IMG/VR virus record: IMGVR_UViG_3300022200_000061
Span: 1-54,158 of that record
Length of the DNA: 54,158 bases
DNA from: a virus
Lineage: Duplodnaviria > Caudoviricetes
Reading direction: 5' to 3' (one strand)
Shown here: positions 1 to 8,587 of the stretch, piece after piece
Layout of the letters: each line of letters starts with the position of its first letter
Numbering within the stretch: position 1 is the stretch's first letter
Notes under the pieces: model-generated
What the model was told of the DNA's origin: nothing
What the model saw: the letters and a program-made list of their open reading frames with translations, nothing else
The model's database searches: none
Made by a program: the position numbers and the translations under genes

Positions 1-360
1 GGAATTGGCATCGCGACGGCTGGGCCAGCCGATCTTGCGCCAGCCGGTCAGCCAACTATTTATGCGAGTATAGGCGTCGAGAACGTCCTGAATGTCGGTG
101 TATTGCGTATCGTTCAGCCCGCCATCCCAGACAAACGTTGGGCGGTCAGGCTCGTTGACTGCATATAGCGCGGTTTCGATGTCGAAAATCGAGATGCCGC
201 CGCTACCGTATAGGGTTACGTCAGGATAGCCGCGCAGAATCCCGCCAGTCTTTGGGTCTGAGGCCACCGTTCCATTGGGGTAGCTATCGCCGCCAATGAC
301 CATAGGCTGGGGGGTGTAGCTTGAGCCCCCACCCGCTCTTAGGGTGTTTGGTAGCGCTAG
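1..360. repeat. Imperfect direct repeat, copy 1 (copy 2 at 51549-51908)
   Basis: Manual alignment at offset 51548: 1 mismatch in 1-177, 23 in 178-274, 3 in 275-360. Confidence 0.97.
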
Positions 361-510
361 TCCAATACCAGACTTACCAATCATATCAGATAGTGTGCCT
401 GTGTAGCCAAGGCTACGTAGGTATTCAGCATGGAGGTCATTGTAGGAGCCACTGCCTGAGCTAGTGACCCCTTTCAAGAACTCGAATGCTTCATCATTAA
501 TTGTTTGCAT
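1..510 (-). CDS. 5' part of phage SGNH-hydrolase (putative tail esterase / receptor-binding) gene; runs off the window start and continues in frame at 51548->50940 if the genome is circularised (372 aa)
   Basis: Not in ORF track. ATG at 510 overlaps the upstream TAA (TAATG). Reads MQTINDEAFEFLKGVTSSGSGSYNDLHAEYLRSLGYTGTLSDM...VIGGDSYPNG...DGGLND with SGNH blocks I-III; frame matches ORF 50940-51932. Confidence 0.85.
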   Translation of the reverse strand, partial: MQTINDEAFEFLKGVTSSGSGSYNDLHAEYLRSLGYTGTLSDMIGKSGIGLALPNTLRAGGGSSYTPQPMVIGGDSYPNGTVASDPKTGGILRGYPDVTLYGSGGISIFDIETALYAVNEPDRPTFVWDGGLNDTQYTDIQDVLDAYTRINSWLTGWRKIGWPSRRDANS

Positions 511-2834
511 TAAATAGCTCTCCGATATCCAAGCAGCTTAGAGGCATCAAAGTTGTCAATGCTGACACTATCACCCTGATTACCGCCCAGCACCTTGATG
601 GTGCCATCTGCGTTCATGCCAGCATAGAAGCCAACATGTCCCTGCCAGCCATTAGGATCGCCACGGCTAAACACCACAACGTCACCAACCTGTGGCGTAC
701 TTACTGGCTTACCCCAATCGAGGTATGACCGAGCATTCAACTTACCAGTCCCAGCATTACCAGTACTAGCATGGAGGACAGCATCAACGAATGCAGCACA
801 CCAAGCAGTCTGTGCGGGATTGATCTTAATACCAGCCGTGTTCTGAATGAACGCTGACAGAATCTGCACGTCCTCTGCATTGTTCTCGTTCTTGCCAATA
901 AAGGCTTCAGCGAAAGCTACAGGGTTAGTTGCATCTACAACAGCAGGTGCATCGACAGCAGAAGTCTGTTCCACAGAACGTTCAGCATAAGCTCGTGCTT
1001 CTACTGGGTCAGGGTTAAAATCCTCAAGGGTTAGCTCGTGGGGATTAACCGAGGCAGCAGCGGCAAGGCCTTCAGTACTGGTGATAGGGTCAGCTACATT
1101 AGTTGCAGCCGGTGTAGGGGCCTTAGCGGGCTCTACAGGGGCATCAGGATCAACGAGTGGGTTGCCACTACCATCCTGATTAAAGATACGACCTGCAAAG
1201 TTCTGTTCCCATACAGTCTTAGCATCTACACCAGTCACGTTAGCCTGTGCATTGATGAGGTTGTTCAAAGGAACGCCCATCGAATTGTCACCGCTATTGG
1301 CCTGATCAGCAATAGACTGAACACGTGGATTACCTGCGTACTGATCACTAGGAACAAACTCCACAGCGGCACCATTCCACACAGGCTTCAGAAGCTGTGA
1401 CATTGGAATGTTTGTAACACCACCGGAGTTACCAGCACCGACACCGGCCTTGCTAGGATCGGATACGGGAACAGTTTCCCAGTACTGCTGGATTGCTGGG
1501 ACAAGCTCAGAGGCATAGTTCTCTTCGAGAATACCCACCAACTTATCTGCATGTTCCGCAGAGACACCCCCACCCAATTCAATTAGGTTTCGTACCTCTG
1601 GACTACCAAGCGTTTCGACAGTATCCTTGTAGCCAAGGGCACCCTCAGTGTTTGAACGCTCATTGACATAGGCACCATCAATGATGGCGTTAAGGTTGTC
1701 AGTAGTCTCCTGAATAACTTCAGGACTAGACGAGCTAGTCAGGCTACCAGCAATCTTACGGATGTTCTCAACGTATCGAGCAGACTCTGGAGAATTGTCA
1801 ATAATGCTAACAGCACCTCGCTTGTCAATCTCTTCGAGCTTCTTAATCGTCTCAACATCCCACATACCAATACCAAGGCTGGTGTTAGCTAGGCCAAGGT
1901 CGTTCAGCAATGCTGACTTGGCAATCTTGGCAGCGATCACAGGATCAGCGTTATACATCATCTGATACTGTAGGCCCACATTCTTGATAGCGCCTTCCAT
2001 GACAGAAGTTTCTACCGAGCCAGTAGACCACTCATTGAACGTAGTGAGAAGTTGCTCAATAGGCTCAACGATGTATGAAGCATCAGAGTTAAGCGCAGCG
2101 TCCTTGATACCAGCAATACTACCATTCAAAGACAGGTTAAGCTGAGCAGCAATGGCTGCCTTGTTCTCCGGGTTGGCACGAATTTGTTCCATGGCCTGAT
2201 TGATCTGTGTCTGGGCTGCAGGGAATGCACTATCTGCTAGGCCGATGATTGTGTTGGTTGCACGGTTCTTCATCGACTCAGTGACAATGCCACCCTCAGC
2301 CCTAATAATCTCAAGCGACTGATTAAGGGCCGTAGCCTCACGAGAACGAGCCTGAAACACCTTATACTCTTGTGGCGTGTAACCAAGCTGTGCAGCTTCT
2401 TTGTTGGCTGCATCAATACCCTGTTGCTCAATAGTACCCTCAACCACAACGTGGCCAAGACCGTTGGCACCAGCGAAGTTGGACCACACCTTATCAAACT
2501 CAGCCTGTAGGGCTGGGGCGTTGCTAAGATACTGGCGACGCAGGTTACGTGCCTTTAGCATACCCTCTTCTTTACCCATCACACCCTGATCAATTGCATC
2601 AGCAATGTCAAGAAGCTCAGTCTCATATCCTGTCAGTACCTTCGTTGACGCATCAACTTGGCTCTGTTTAAAGATGGAGCCAGCGATAGCGCCGATAGTA
2701 CCAAACGCATCGCCTAGTCCATTGGCAAGGACTTCACCACTACGGTCTGGGGCTGGGGCTTGCACAGGAGCTTGAACACGGACGGACGGCTCAATGCCGC
2801 CCTCCATGATCGTATTCCCAAAGTCAATTGCCAT
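510..2834 (-). CDS. Internal virion (ejection) protein with C-terminal NlpC/P60/CHAP-like peptidoglycan hydrolase domain
   Basis: C-terminal AWCAAFV...ARSYLDWG...GDVVVFSRG...GHVGFY...LGGNQ (Cys-His papain-like fold, TIGR02594-like); follows the other ejection genes. Confidence 0.8.
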   Translation of the reverse strand: MAIDFGNTIMEGGIEPSVRVQAPVQAPAPDRSGEVLANGLGDAFGTIGAIAGSIFKQSQVDASTKVLTGYETELLDIADAIDQGVMGKEEGMLKARNLRRQYLSNAPALQAEFDKVWSNFAGANGLGHVVVEGTIEQQGIDAANKEAAQLGYTPQEYKVFQARSREATALNQSLEIIRAEGGIVTESMKNRATNTIIGLADSAFPAAQTQINQAMEQIRANPENKAAIAAQLNLSLNGSIAGIKDAALNSDASYIVEPIEQLLTTFNEWSTGSVETSVMEGAIKNVGLQYQMMYNADPVIAAKIAKSALLNDLGLANTSLGIGMWDVETIKKLEEIDKRGAVSIIDNSPESARYVENIRKIAGSLTSSSSPEVIQETTDNLNAIIDGAYVNERSNTEGALGYKDTVETLGSPEVRNLIELGGGVSAEHADKLVGILEENYASELVPAIQQYWETVPVSDPSKAGVGAGNSGGVTNIPMSQLLKPVWNGAAVEFVPSDQYAGNPRVQSIADQANSGDNSMGVPLNNLINAQANVTGVDAKTVWEQNFAGRIFNQDGSGNPLVDPDAPVEPAKAPTPAATNVADPITSTEGLAAAASVNPHELTLEDFNPDPVEARAYAERSVEQTSAVDAPAVVDATNPVAFAEAFIGKNENNAEDVQILSAFIQNTAGIKINPAQTAWCAAFVDAVLHASTGNAGTGKLNARSYLDWGKPVSTPQVGDVVVFSRGDPNGWQGHVGFYAGMNADGTIKVLGGNQGDSVSIDNFDASKLLGYRRAI

Positions 2835-5800
2835 AAGATTCTCCTGCTATATCATACATTTCCAGAAGCACATCCACTTGTTCCTGTGACATGTTGCTGG
2901 CGTTAATCATTCTGATAGCATCATCTGGGTCGTAGAGGCCCGAGCCCTTAAAGAGCTTCTCAAACAATACATCAGGGTTTTGCCCTGCTTTGAAGGCATA
3001 GTAGTCGGCTACCTTATCCATGTAGTTGGGGTTATTCCCAAACACACGGGATGCCTCAGACAAGACACGCATCTGGATTTCAATGTCAGCGACATCCTCG
3101 CCCTGACGTGTATAGACCATGAACAACTTGTCCACAATCTCCTTGATATCCTCATCAATCTTATCACTCACTTCCCACTCAATCTTGTTAGACTCCCAAT
3201 AGCGAGCCTCGTCAAGAGTGGCAAAGCCAGCAGCCTTAGCCAACACTTCCATGAAGGAAATGTCGTCATCAACTACCTGACCAGTGCGAGTTGTGATCTT
3301 CCCAAGCTCCATCATATACTGAGCCTTCATCGTATTCGATAGGCCAGTGAACATTTGCATGAACGTCAGACCAATCTGCTTATACTCATCAACGCTCTCA
3401 TATTGACCGGGAACGAAGGGAGCAGCAACAGCCTTGATGAACTCACCTACACGACCACCATCAGCGATAAGCGATGGAGCAGCGGAGCCAGTGATCATCT
3501 CAGGAATAGATGTAGACAGGATGCCCTGCGCGAACTCAATCATCGGAGTGATAGAGAAAGGCTGCAACCTACCAGCGAAGTCGATACCAACATCAGTGCC
3601 AGTCATTGACGACAGCATTCTGTTGAGGACAAGGTTGGACAAGCCACCCTTCACAACTTCTTTAAGTTCAGTCTGTTCAGGAGGCATGAGCTTATCCACC
3701 ATCGTATTGATGATGGGGATACCCGGAACACCAAAGGCTACAGTGTAACCAGTGGCCAGCTTGATACGATCAGTCTTACTTAGGGCCTTATGGCCCAAGA
3801 TCAAGCCAGACGAGATTTTATGAGGCGACTGCAAGAACTGCATGATGACCGACAACGTATTCGAGTTGTATGGCATTTCACCGCCACGGTTCATGTCACC
3901 AGTCAATGCCCGTACCCGTACCGAAAGGTTTTCCCGTTCAGCAGCAGTGAGCTTGTTACGGCCCAGCTTACGAGTGAGTACATCTCGTTCAGACAACCAG
4001 ATCAATGACATCAGTGTTTGTTCACCAAAGTCAAAGCCGACAGCCTGTGAAATCTGGAGAGGCTTGCCAGCCACAGACATAGCCTTCTGAGCTATGTTAC
4101 GATCAGCAAGACGGCCCATCTGTTCAGAGATGTACGAGTGAGCGTTAACAGCAGCACTCATCCCACTAAGCTCATAATCCTTGAGGATTTCACGCATGTC
4201 CTCGGGCTTAACGCCAGAGAACTTACCAACCTTCATGGAAGTTGAAAGATCAACACCACGATGGAATGCACCAAGGATACCCATCTGCTGAACCACACGA
4301 CCCCAACCCAGAGGGTTAAGGCTAGAGATCACAGGGATGGCAGGAGCGAACTGTAGGATAAACTGTCCATGCGGGTTAGAGGCAAGGAACAGTCGGAATG
4401 CAGTCAGTCGGGCTGCGGACGATGGAGAAGCCTGTGCTGCCTTGCGAGCAAGCTTGTCTACCCACTGCCAACCCTTCTCACCAGCCACATCACTAGCGGC
4501 TGCGAAGAAGCGCTTAGAACCCTCATCAATCATATTCACATACCCATCCTGTAGACCAGAGATGTAGCGGTATGCGTTACGTGCTTCGTTGCTACCCTTA
4601 CCACCACGGATATCATTGATATCTGAGGGGAAGTGCATCTTGTCTTTAGGCAGGAGGTCTTTGAACTGTGACATCCAACGACGCTTATCTGCTTCAAGTA
4701 CCTGACGGAAGCTAGTGCGATTAGACACACTGGCGATGGAGCGGGTCAGGCTGTCGATAGGGGACTCAAGCCCCATATCGCCAATGGTCTTATCCGTACC
4801 AACTCGTTCTAGACGCTTGCCACGAAGGCGCTGCGTTGAACGGCCAGCAGAGAACTGAACATCAAGATTGTTGTCGAAGCTCTCATCAACAGACGTTTTA
4901 CTGTCTGCCTTCCAATCGTATTCAAATCCGTCATTCGTATCAGACAGACGGGCTGCTTCTAGTTCAGCTTCACGACGAGACTGGGCACGAGCAATAGTCT
5001 TACGTGCCTTGGTCTTTGGATCGAAACGCGTCACATAGTAGGGATCAGTGTACCGAACATGGTAGTACCCATCGCGGTAAGCAAGAGTCCTATCATCATC
5101 TCGAATACGGCGATTATAACCACTATTAGGATTATTCCCAACAATGATGTTCTCGACCTGTTCCCCATCAAACTCTTCTGCCTTACGTAGTTTAGCAGTT
5201 GTTCCACCTTGTTCATAAAGCTCATCTAGTTCCTTGTTGGTCAGTGTTTTAGTCCGGCCAGTTGCAGGATCATAGTAGCGAGTTACGTTGTCACTAGCGT
5301 TGCGGCTAGTTGGTTCGACAATAAGTTTGGTGTCACTTGGACGGTGTTCAAAGACTTCAAAGCCACGGTTACGGAGCGTACGATTAACGTCAGTGTTCTC
5401 AAGAGCCCACTGCGTATCCTGTACAGTCTTCCAATCAACCAGCACATCAACACCTGCATCATCAATACCACGTGCCTTAATGGCTGAGGTGTTGAATGGC
5501 AGCTCTTGATCGTTAGCATCACGGATGTACTTGTCCACAGCTTCCTGCTGCTTCTTACCAAGCTTCTTCCACTTCTGTAGCATCCTCTTTTGATACGCCA
5601 GAAGCTGTTGGCCCAGACCAGCAGACTTGTCAGCAGCAGAGACACCAGCACCATAGGCACGTTCGTCAATGTTCACTGCCTTCGGAATGATCTGTTGTAG
5701 CACACCACCCTGACCAGTCTCAACACTGCCCAGCTTAATGTCAGGCAACCGAAGCCAACCCCACAGTGGGGAGACATCGAAACCATCGAAGCCAATGTCC

Positions 5801-7806
5801 TTGGGATCGAATGAGTAGTCATGCTTCACTTGAACAAGGAAGTCACCATTCTTCAAGTCCTGCTTAGGAACTGCAGGGGCGTACGTACCATCCTTCTGTC
5901 GTGCCAGTACAGTGATCTCATCATCTGAAATACCGTACTTACGCAGGGCTGCCTTCACAGTGTCAACACCATGAATAGCGTTGGTGAAACCACCCTGCTT
6001 AGGACCAAACACCTGATTGAACAGGATGCCACTACTCTTACCTTCGATAGAAGGCTTGAGGTCAGCAAGGGAGGCCATAGCACTACGGTTCGAGAGACCT
6101 ACGACATTCTTCCAGTCACGTGTGGCCTGAGACTGCGTAGCAGCCTTCTCAGCGTCACTTGCCCAGATAGCGCCATCAGCCTCCTTGACATTCTCAATGA
6201 TCTGCTTGTCAGGCTGTGGCAGAGCTTCATCGAACTCCTGCTTACTACGCAGACGACCTTCACCACCAATCTCTGGCAGCAAGTCATTACCGATGGCACT
6301 GTTACGATCCGTACCATAAAGGATACGAGCAGCATTGCCAGTGGTGTCCTGAGACAAAGCCTTGTGGGCGATGTCGGCCTTAGACGGGTTGGTGTCCTTA
6401 TACACCTGAGAGATAGATGTGGGCTGGACGTTGCTAGAGATATGAGCCTTCTGTGCTTCAACAAACGATGGGTCTGGCTTTGGCACAACAGTATTCAAAT
6501 CCTTAACACGCTTATCACGAATAGTGCTGAGGTTCTGACGCAACGTGTTGATCTCGGTGGTATTCAGGTTATCAGTGAAGGTGATTTGATCAATAACATT
6601 GTCGATACTAAACCCATCGGGATTACCAATCTCATTCATCACAGCTTCACGAAGCTCGTTGATCTGTGCAGAGTTAGGTTCACCGGGGAGGTTATCAACC
6701 ACATTGTTGATATCGTCACCATAAGACGTTGGGGATGGCTTGTATTCAATGAGCAACTGCTCAGGAGCCGAGTCAATCACACCACCTGCTTCAGCAGCCG
6801 CAGCACGTTCACCACGGGCAATAGTCTCAGCAGCAGCCTCACTACCCTTGACAGCACGGCCAAGTGCCTTAGCACCGCCCGCTACCTTAGCCAGAGGGGA
6901 AAGGAGGATGGTGTCGTCAAGAACGGAGAAGATATTGTCAACCCACCGATCAGTGTTGTCGTAACCACCGGGGGTCAGCATCTGTTCCATCATCTGGATT
7001 TGACGCATGGCCGAGGTGTTGTTACCAAGACTGCCAGTGTTAGCCTTAATGGCAGCGACAATCTTTTCAACCACAGGACGGCGTTCTTCCCTTGGGAGAC
7101 GCTCAAGAGTATCACGGAGACGTTCCTTACCCTCACCGAGAGCCAGCAGTGTCTGAGTGGTATTCAATGCACCGCCAGTACCTTCAACGTCCACAAGGCC
7201 CTCAAAGAAAGCCTGATCTGCCGCATCGGCAAATGGGATGATGGAGGTAATGAACGAGGTGACTTTCTCACCCCAACCGGGGTTGTTATCGTTGTTCAGT
7301 GAGTTGATGCTCTTCTGAACCCATGCGTTATACTGGTCCACCTCGTTATAGGCAGTGGCCAGCTTGACACGAATCTCTTCCTGCTCACCATTCTCACCGG
7401 GGCTATCAGAGATAGCAGCAGCCGTAGCCACTCGCCCAGCGATACTGGTGTTCTTAGGGATGTTCTGGAAGTTGGTAATAGCACCCTGCTTCTGCTCATC
7501 CGTATATGCTGGATCAATCAGCACATCCTTCATTACCTCAAGGTCCTCAGCCTGACTACGCTCGTCCCACTTACGAAGGATGGCGTCCAAAGTACTGGAA
7601 CTGGTGGAGTATGAAAGCTGTGTACTGATCGAGCTATACGTAGCATCAATGTTGCCATCAGGGGCCATAGCAGCACCATAGGATGCAACCGTATTAATGG
7701 TTGCTGGATTAGCCGATGGAGAGGGCTGCTTAGCTGGCTGGAAGGCATTCATACGCAACTCTTTAGTGGTGCTGCCCTTATTGAAGTCTCGTAGCGTAGG
7801 TGCCAT
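2824..7806 (-). CDS. Large internal virion (ejection) protein, 1660 aa
   Basis: Size, helical composition and position after nozzle and small ejection gene, as in T7-like podoviruses; no catalytic motif recognised. Confidence 0.7.
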   Translation of the reverse strand: MAPTLRDFNKGSTTKELRMNAFQPAKQPSPSANPATINTVASYGAAMAPDGNIDATYSSISTQLSYSTSSSTLDAILRKWDERSQAEDLEVMKDVLIDPAYTDEQKQGAITNFQNIPKNTSIAGRVATAAAISDSPGENGEQEEIRVKLATAYNEVDQYNAWVQKSINSLNNDNNPGWGEKVTSFITSIIPFADAADQAFFEGLVDVEGTGGALNTTQTLLALGEGKERLRDTLERLPREERRPVVEKIVAAIKANTGSLGNNTSAMRQIQMMEQMLTPGGYDNTDRWVDNIFSVLDDTILLSPLAKVAGGAKALGRAVKGSEAAAETIARGERAAAAEAGGVIDSAPEQLLIEYKPSPTSYGDDINNVVDNLPGEPNSAQINELREAVMNEIGNPDGFSIDNVIDQITFTDNLNTTEINTLRQNLSTIRDKRVKDLNTVVPKPDPSFVEAQKAHISSNVQPTSISQVYKDTNPSKADIAHKALSQDTTGNAARILYGTDRNSAIGNDLLPEIGGEGRLRSKQEFDEALPQPDKQIIENVKEADGAIWASDAEKAATQSQATRDWKNVVGLSNRSAMASLADLKPSIEGKSSGILFNQVFGPKQGGFTNAIHGVDTVKAALRKYGISDDEITVLARQKDGTYAPAVPKQDLKNGDFLVQVKHDYSFDPKDIGFDGFDVSPLWGWLRLPDIKLGSVETGQGGVLQQIIPKAVNIDERAYGAGVSAADKSAGLGQQLLAYQKRMLQKWKKLGKKQQEAVDKYIRDANDQELPFNTSAIKARGIDDAGVDVLVDWKTVQDTQWALENTDVNRTLRNRGFEVFEHRPSDTKLIVEPTSRNASDNVTRYYDPATGRTKTLTNKELDELYEQGGTTAKLRKAEEFDGEQVENIIVGNNPNSGYNRRIRDDDRTLAYRDGYYHVRYTDPYYVTRFDPKTKARKTIARAQSRREAELEAARLSDTNDGFEYDWKADSKTSVDESFDNNLDVQFSAGRSTQRLRGKRLERVGTDKTIGDMGLESPIDSLTRSIASVSNRTSFRQVLEADKRRWMSQFKDLLPKDKMHFPSDINDIRGGKGSNEARNAYRYISGLQDGYVNMIDEGSKRFFAAASDVAGEKGWQWVDKLARKAAQASPSSAARLTAFRLFLASNPHGQFILQFAPAIPVISSLNPLGWGRVVQQMGILGAFHRGVDLSTSMKVGKFSGVKPEDMREILKDYELSGMSAAVNAHSYISEQMGRLADRNIAQKAMSVAGKPLQISQAVGFDFGEQTLMSLIWLSERDVLTRKLGRNKLTAAERENLSVRVRALTGDMNRGGEMPYNSNTLSVIMQFLQSPHKISSGLILGHKALSKTDRIKLATGYTVAFGVPGIPIINTMVDKLMPPEQTELKEVVKGGLSNLVLNRMLSSMTGTDVGIDFAGRLQPFSITPMIEFAQGILSTSIPEMITGSAAPSLIADGGRVGEFIKAVAAPFVPGQYESVDEYKQIGLTFMQMFTGLSNTMKAQYMMELGKITTRTGQVVDDDISFMEVLAKAAGFATLDEARYWESNKIEWEVSDKIDEDIKEIVDKLFMVYTRQGEDVADIEIQMRVLSEASRVFGNNPNYMDKVADYYAFKAGQNPDVLFEKLFKGSGLYDPDDAIRMINASNMSQEQVDVLLEMYDIAGESYGN

Positions 7807-7817
7807 TACTTTTCCTT

Positions 7818-8303
7818 TTAATCAAAAATACTAGAGAAACCACCGATGCCCTTTTGGATAGCACCAGTCCATGCGCCAATAGTGTTACCACGCTGGGTGG
7901 CTTCATTAGCTTGCCCAATAAAATCAGCACTGCGCTGATTAGCGGCATTAATACCTGTAGCTGCAGCGGCTGTGCCGAGGCTAGAGCCCAGCATACCACT
8001 AAGGTTAGTTGACAGTGCGCCAACAGCACCCACCTGACCACTGGACTTAGAAGTCCCTTGGTTTTCAGAAGCAGCGATAATCTGCGCCCGCCTGATGCGA
8101 GCCTCTCTTACCTTCTGCCTCCGGCTGGTAAGAGCATTGTTTTGATCGTTTGCTGCACTAATGCTGTTAGCTTCTTTTTGCTGGTCGGCGGCCTGACGTT
8201 GCAGAGCGGCAGACTGACTGGCAGCACTTGTAGCACCGATAGCCCCAAAAATACCGACAACAGCAGTGACACCAGCAAGAATTAGTTCAAGTCCCATTCC
8301 CAC
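7818..8303 (-). CDS. Small internal virion (ejection) protein, T7 gp14-like position
   Basis: Hydrophobic Gly/Ala N-terminus, Ala/Gln coiled coil, synteny. Confidence 0.65.
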   Translation of the reverse strand: MGMGLELILAGVTAVVGIFGAIGATSAASQSAALQRQAADQQKEANSISAANDQNNALTSRRQKVREARIRRAQIIAASENQGTSKSSGQVGAVGALSTNLSGMLGSSLGTAAAATGINAANQRSADFIGQANEATQRGNTIGAWTGAIQKGIGGFSSIFD

Positions 8304-8587
8304 ACCTCATAACCATTGCTCACATCAATCAATGTGGCATTACCGATATAATCAATAATACGCCTGTCTTTCGTATAGGCATAAAGTTTATCATATCCAG
8401 CCGCATACGTTTTTGTAGCAACATCAAACCACTGTTTTTTAATTTCTCGAATGACGGAAGGCCGAGCTTTATAAATGGCCACATGTACTACCACGCAGCC
8501 ATGAATCTCTTCAAGGTAGACCTTATAGTCTTCCGTCTCTTTATATGTACGACGCTGGAATCCAGCTTCTTGGAGTTGTTTGTTCAT
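8282..8587 (-). CDS. Hypothetical protein, possibly GNAT-like (T7 gp13-like position)
   Basis: 101-aa ORF between nozzle and ejection genes; function from synteny only. Confidence 0.45.
   Translation of the reverse strand: MNKQLQEAGFQRRTYKETEDYKVYLEEIHGCVVVHVAIYKARPSVIREIKKQWFDVATKTYAAGYDKLYAYTKDRRIIDYIGNATLIDVSNGYEVWEWDLN

Noticed and set aside
178-274. Variable segment between the repeat copies as a DGR template/variable repeat
   Set aside because: Differences are mostly synonymous and not adenine-specific; no reverse transcriptase present
1-360. Repeat as the phage's direct terminal repeat or an att site
   Set aside because: It lies inside a coding gene, is imperfect, and no integrase is present; the terminus is more likely near 21.1-21.5 kb
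5971-7302. 443-aa plus-strand ORF
   Set aside because: Antisense shadow of the 1660-aa ejection gene; no motifs; explained by codon bias
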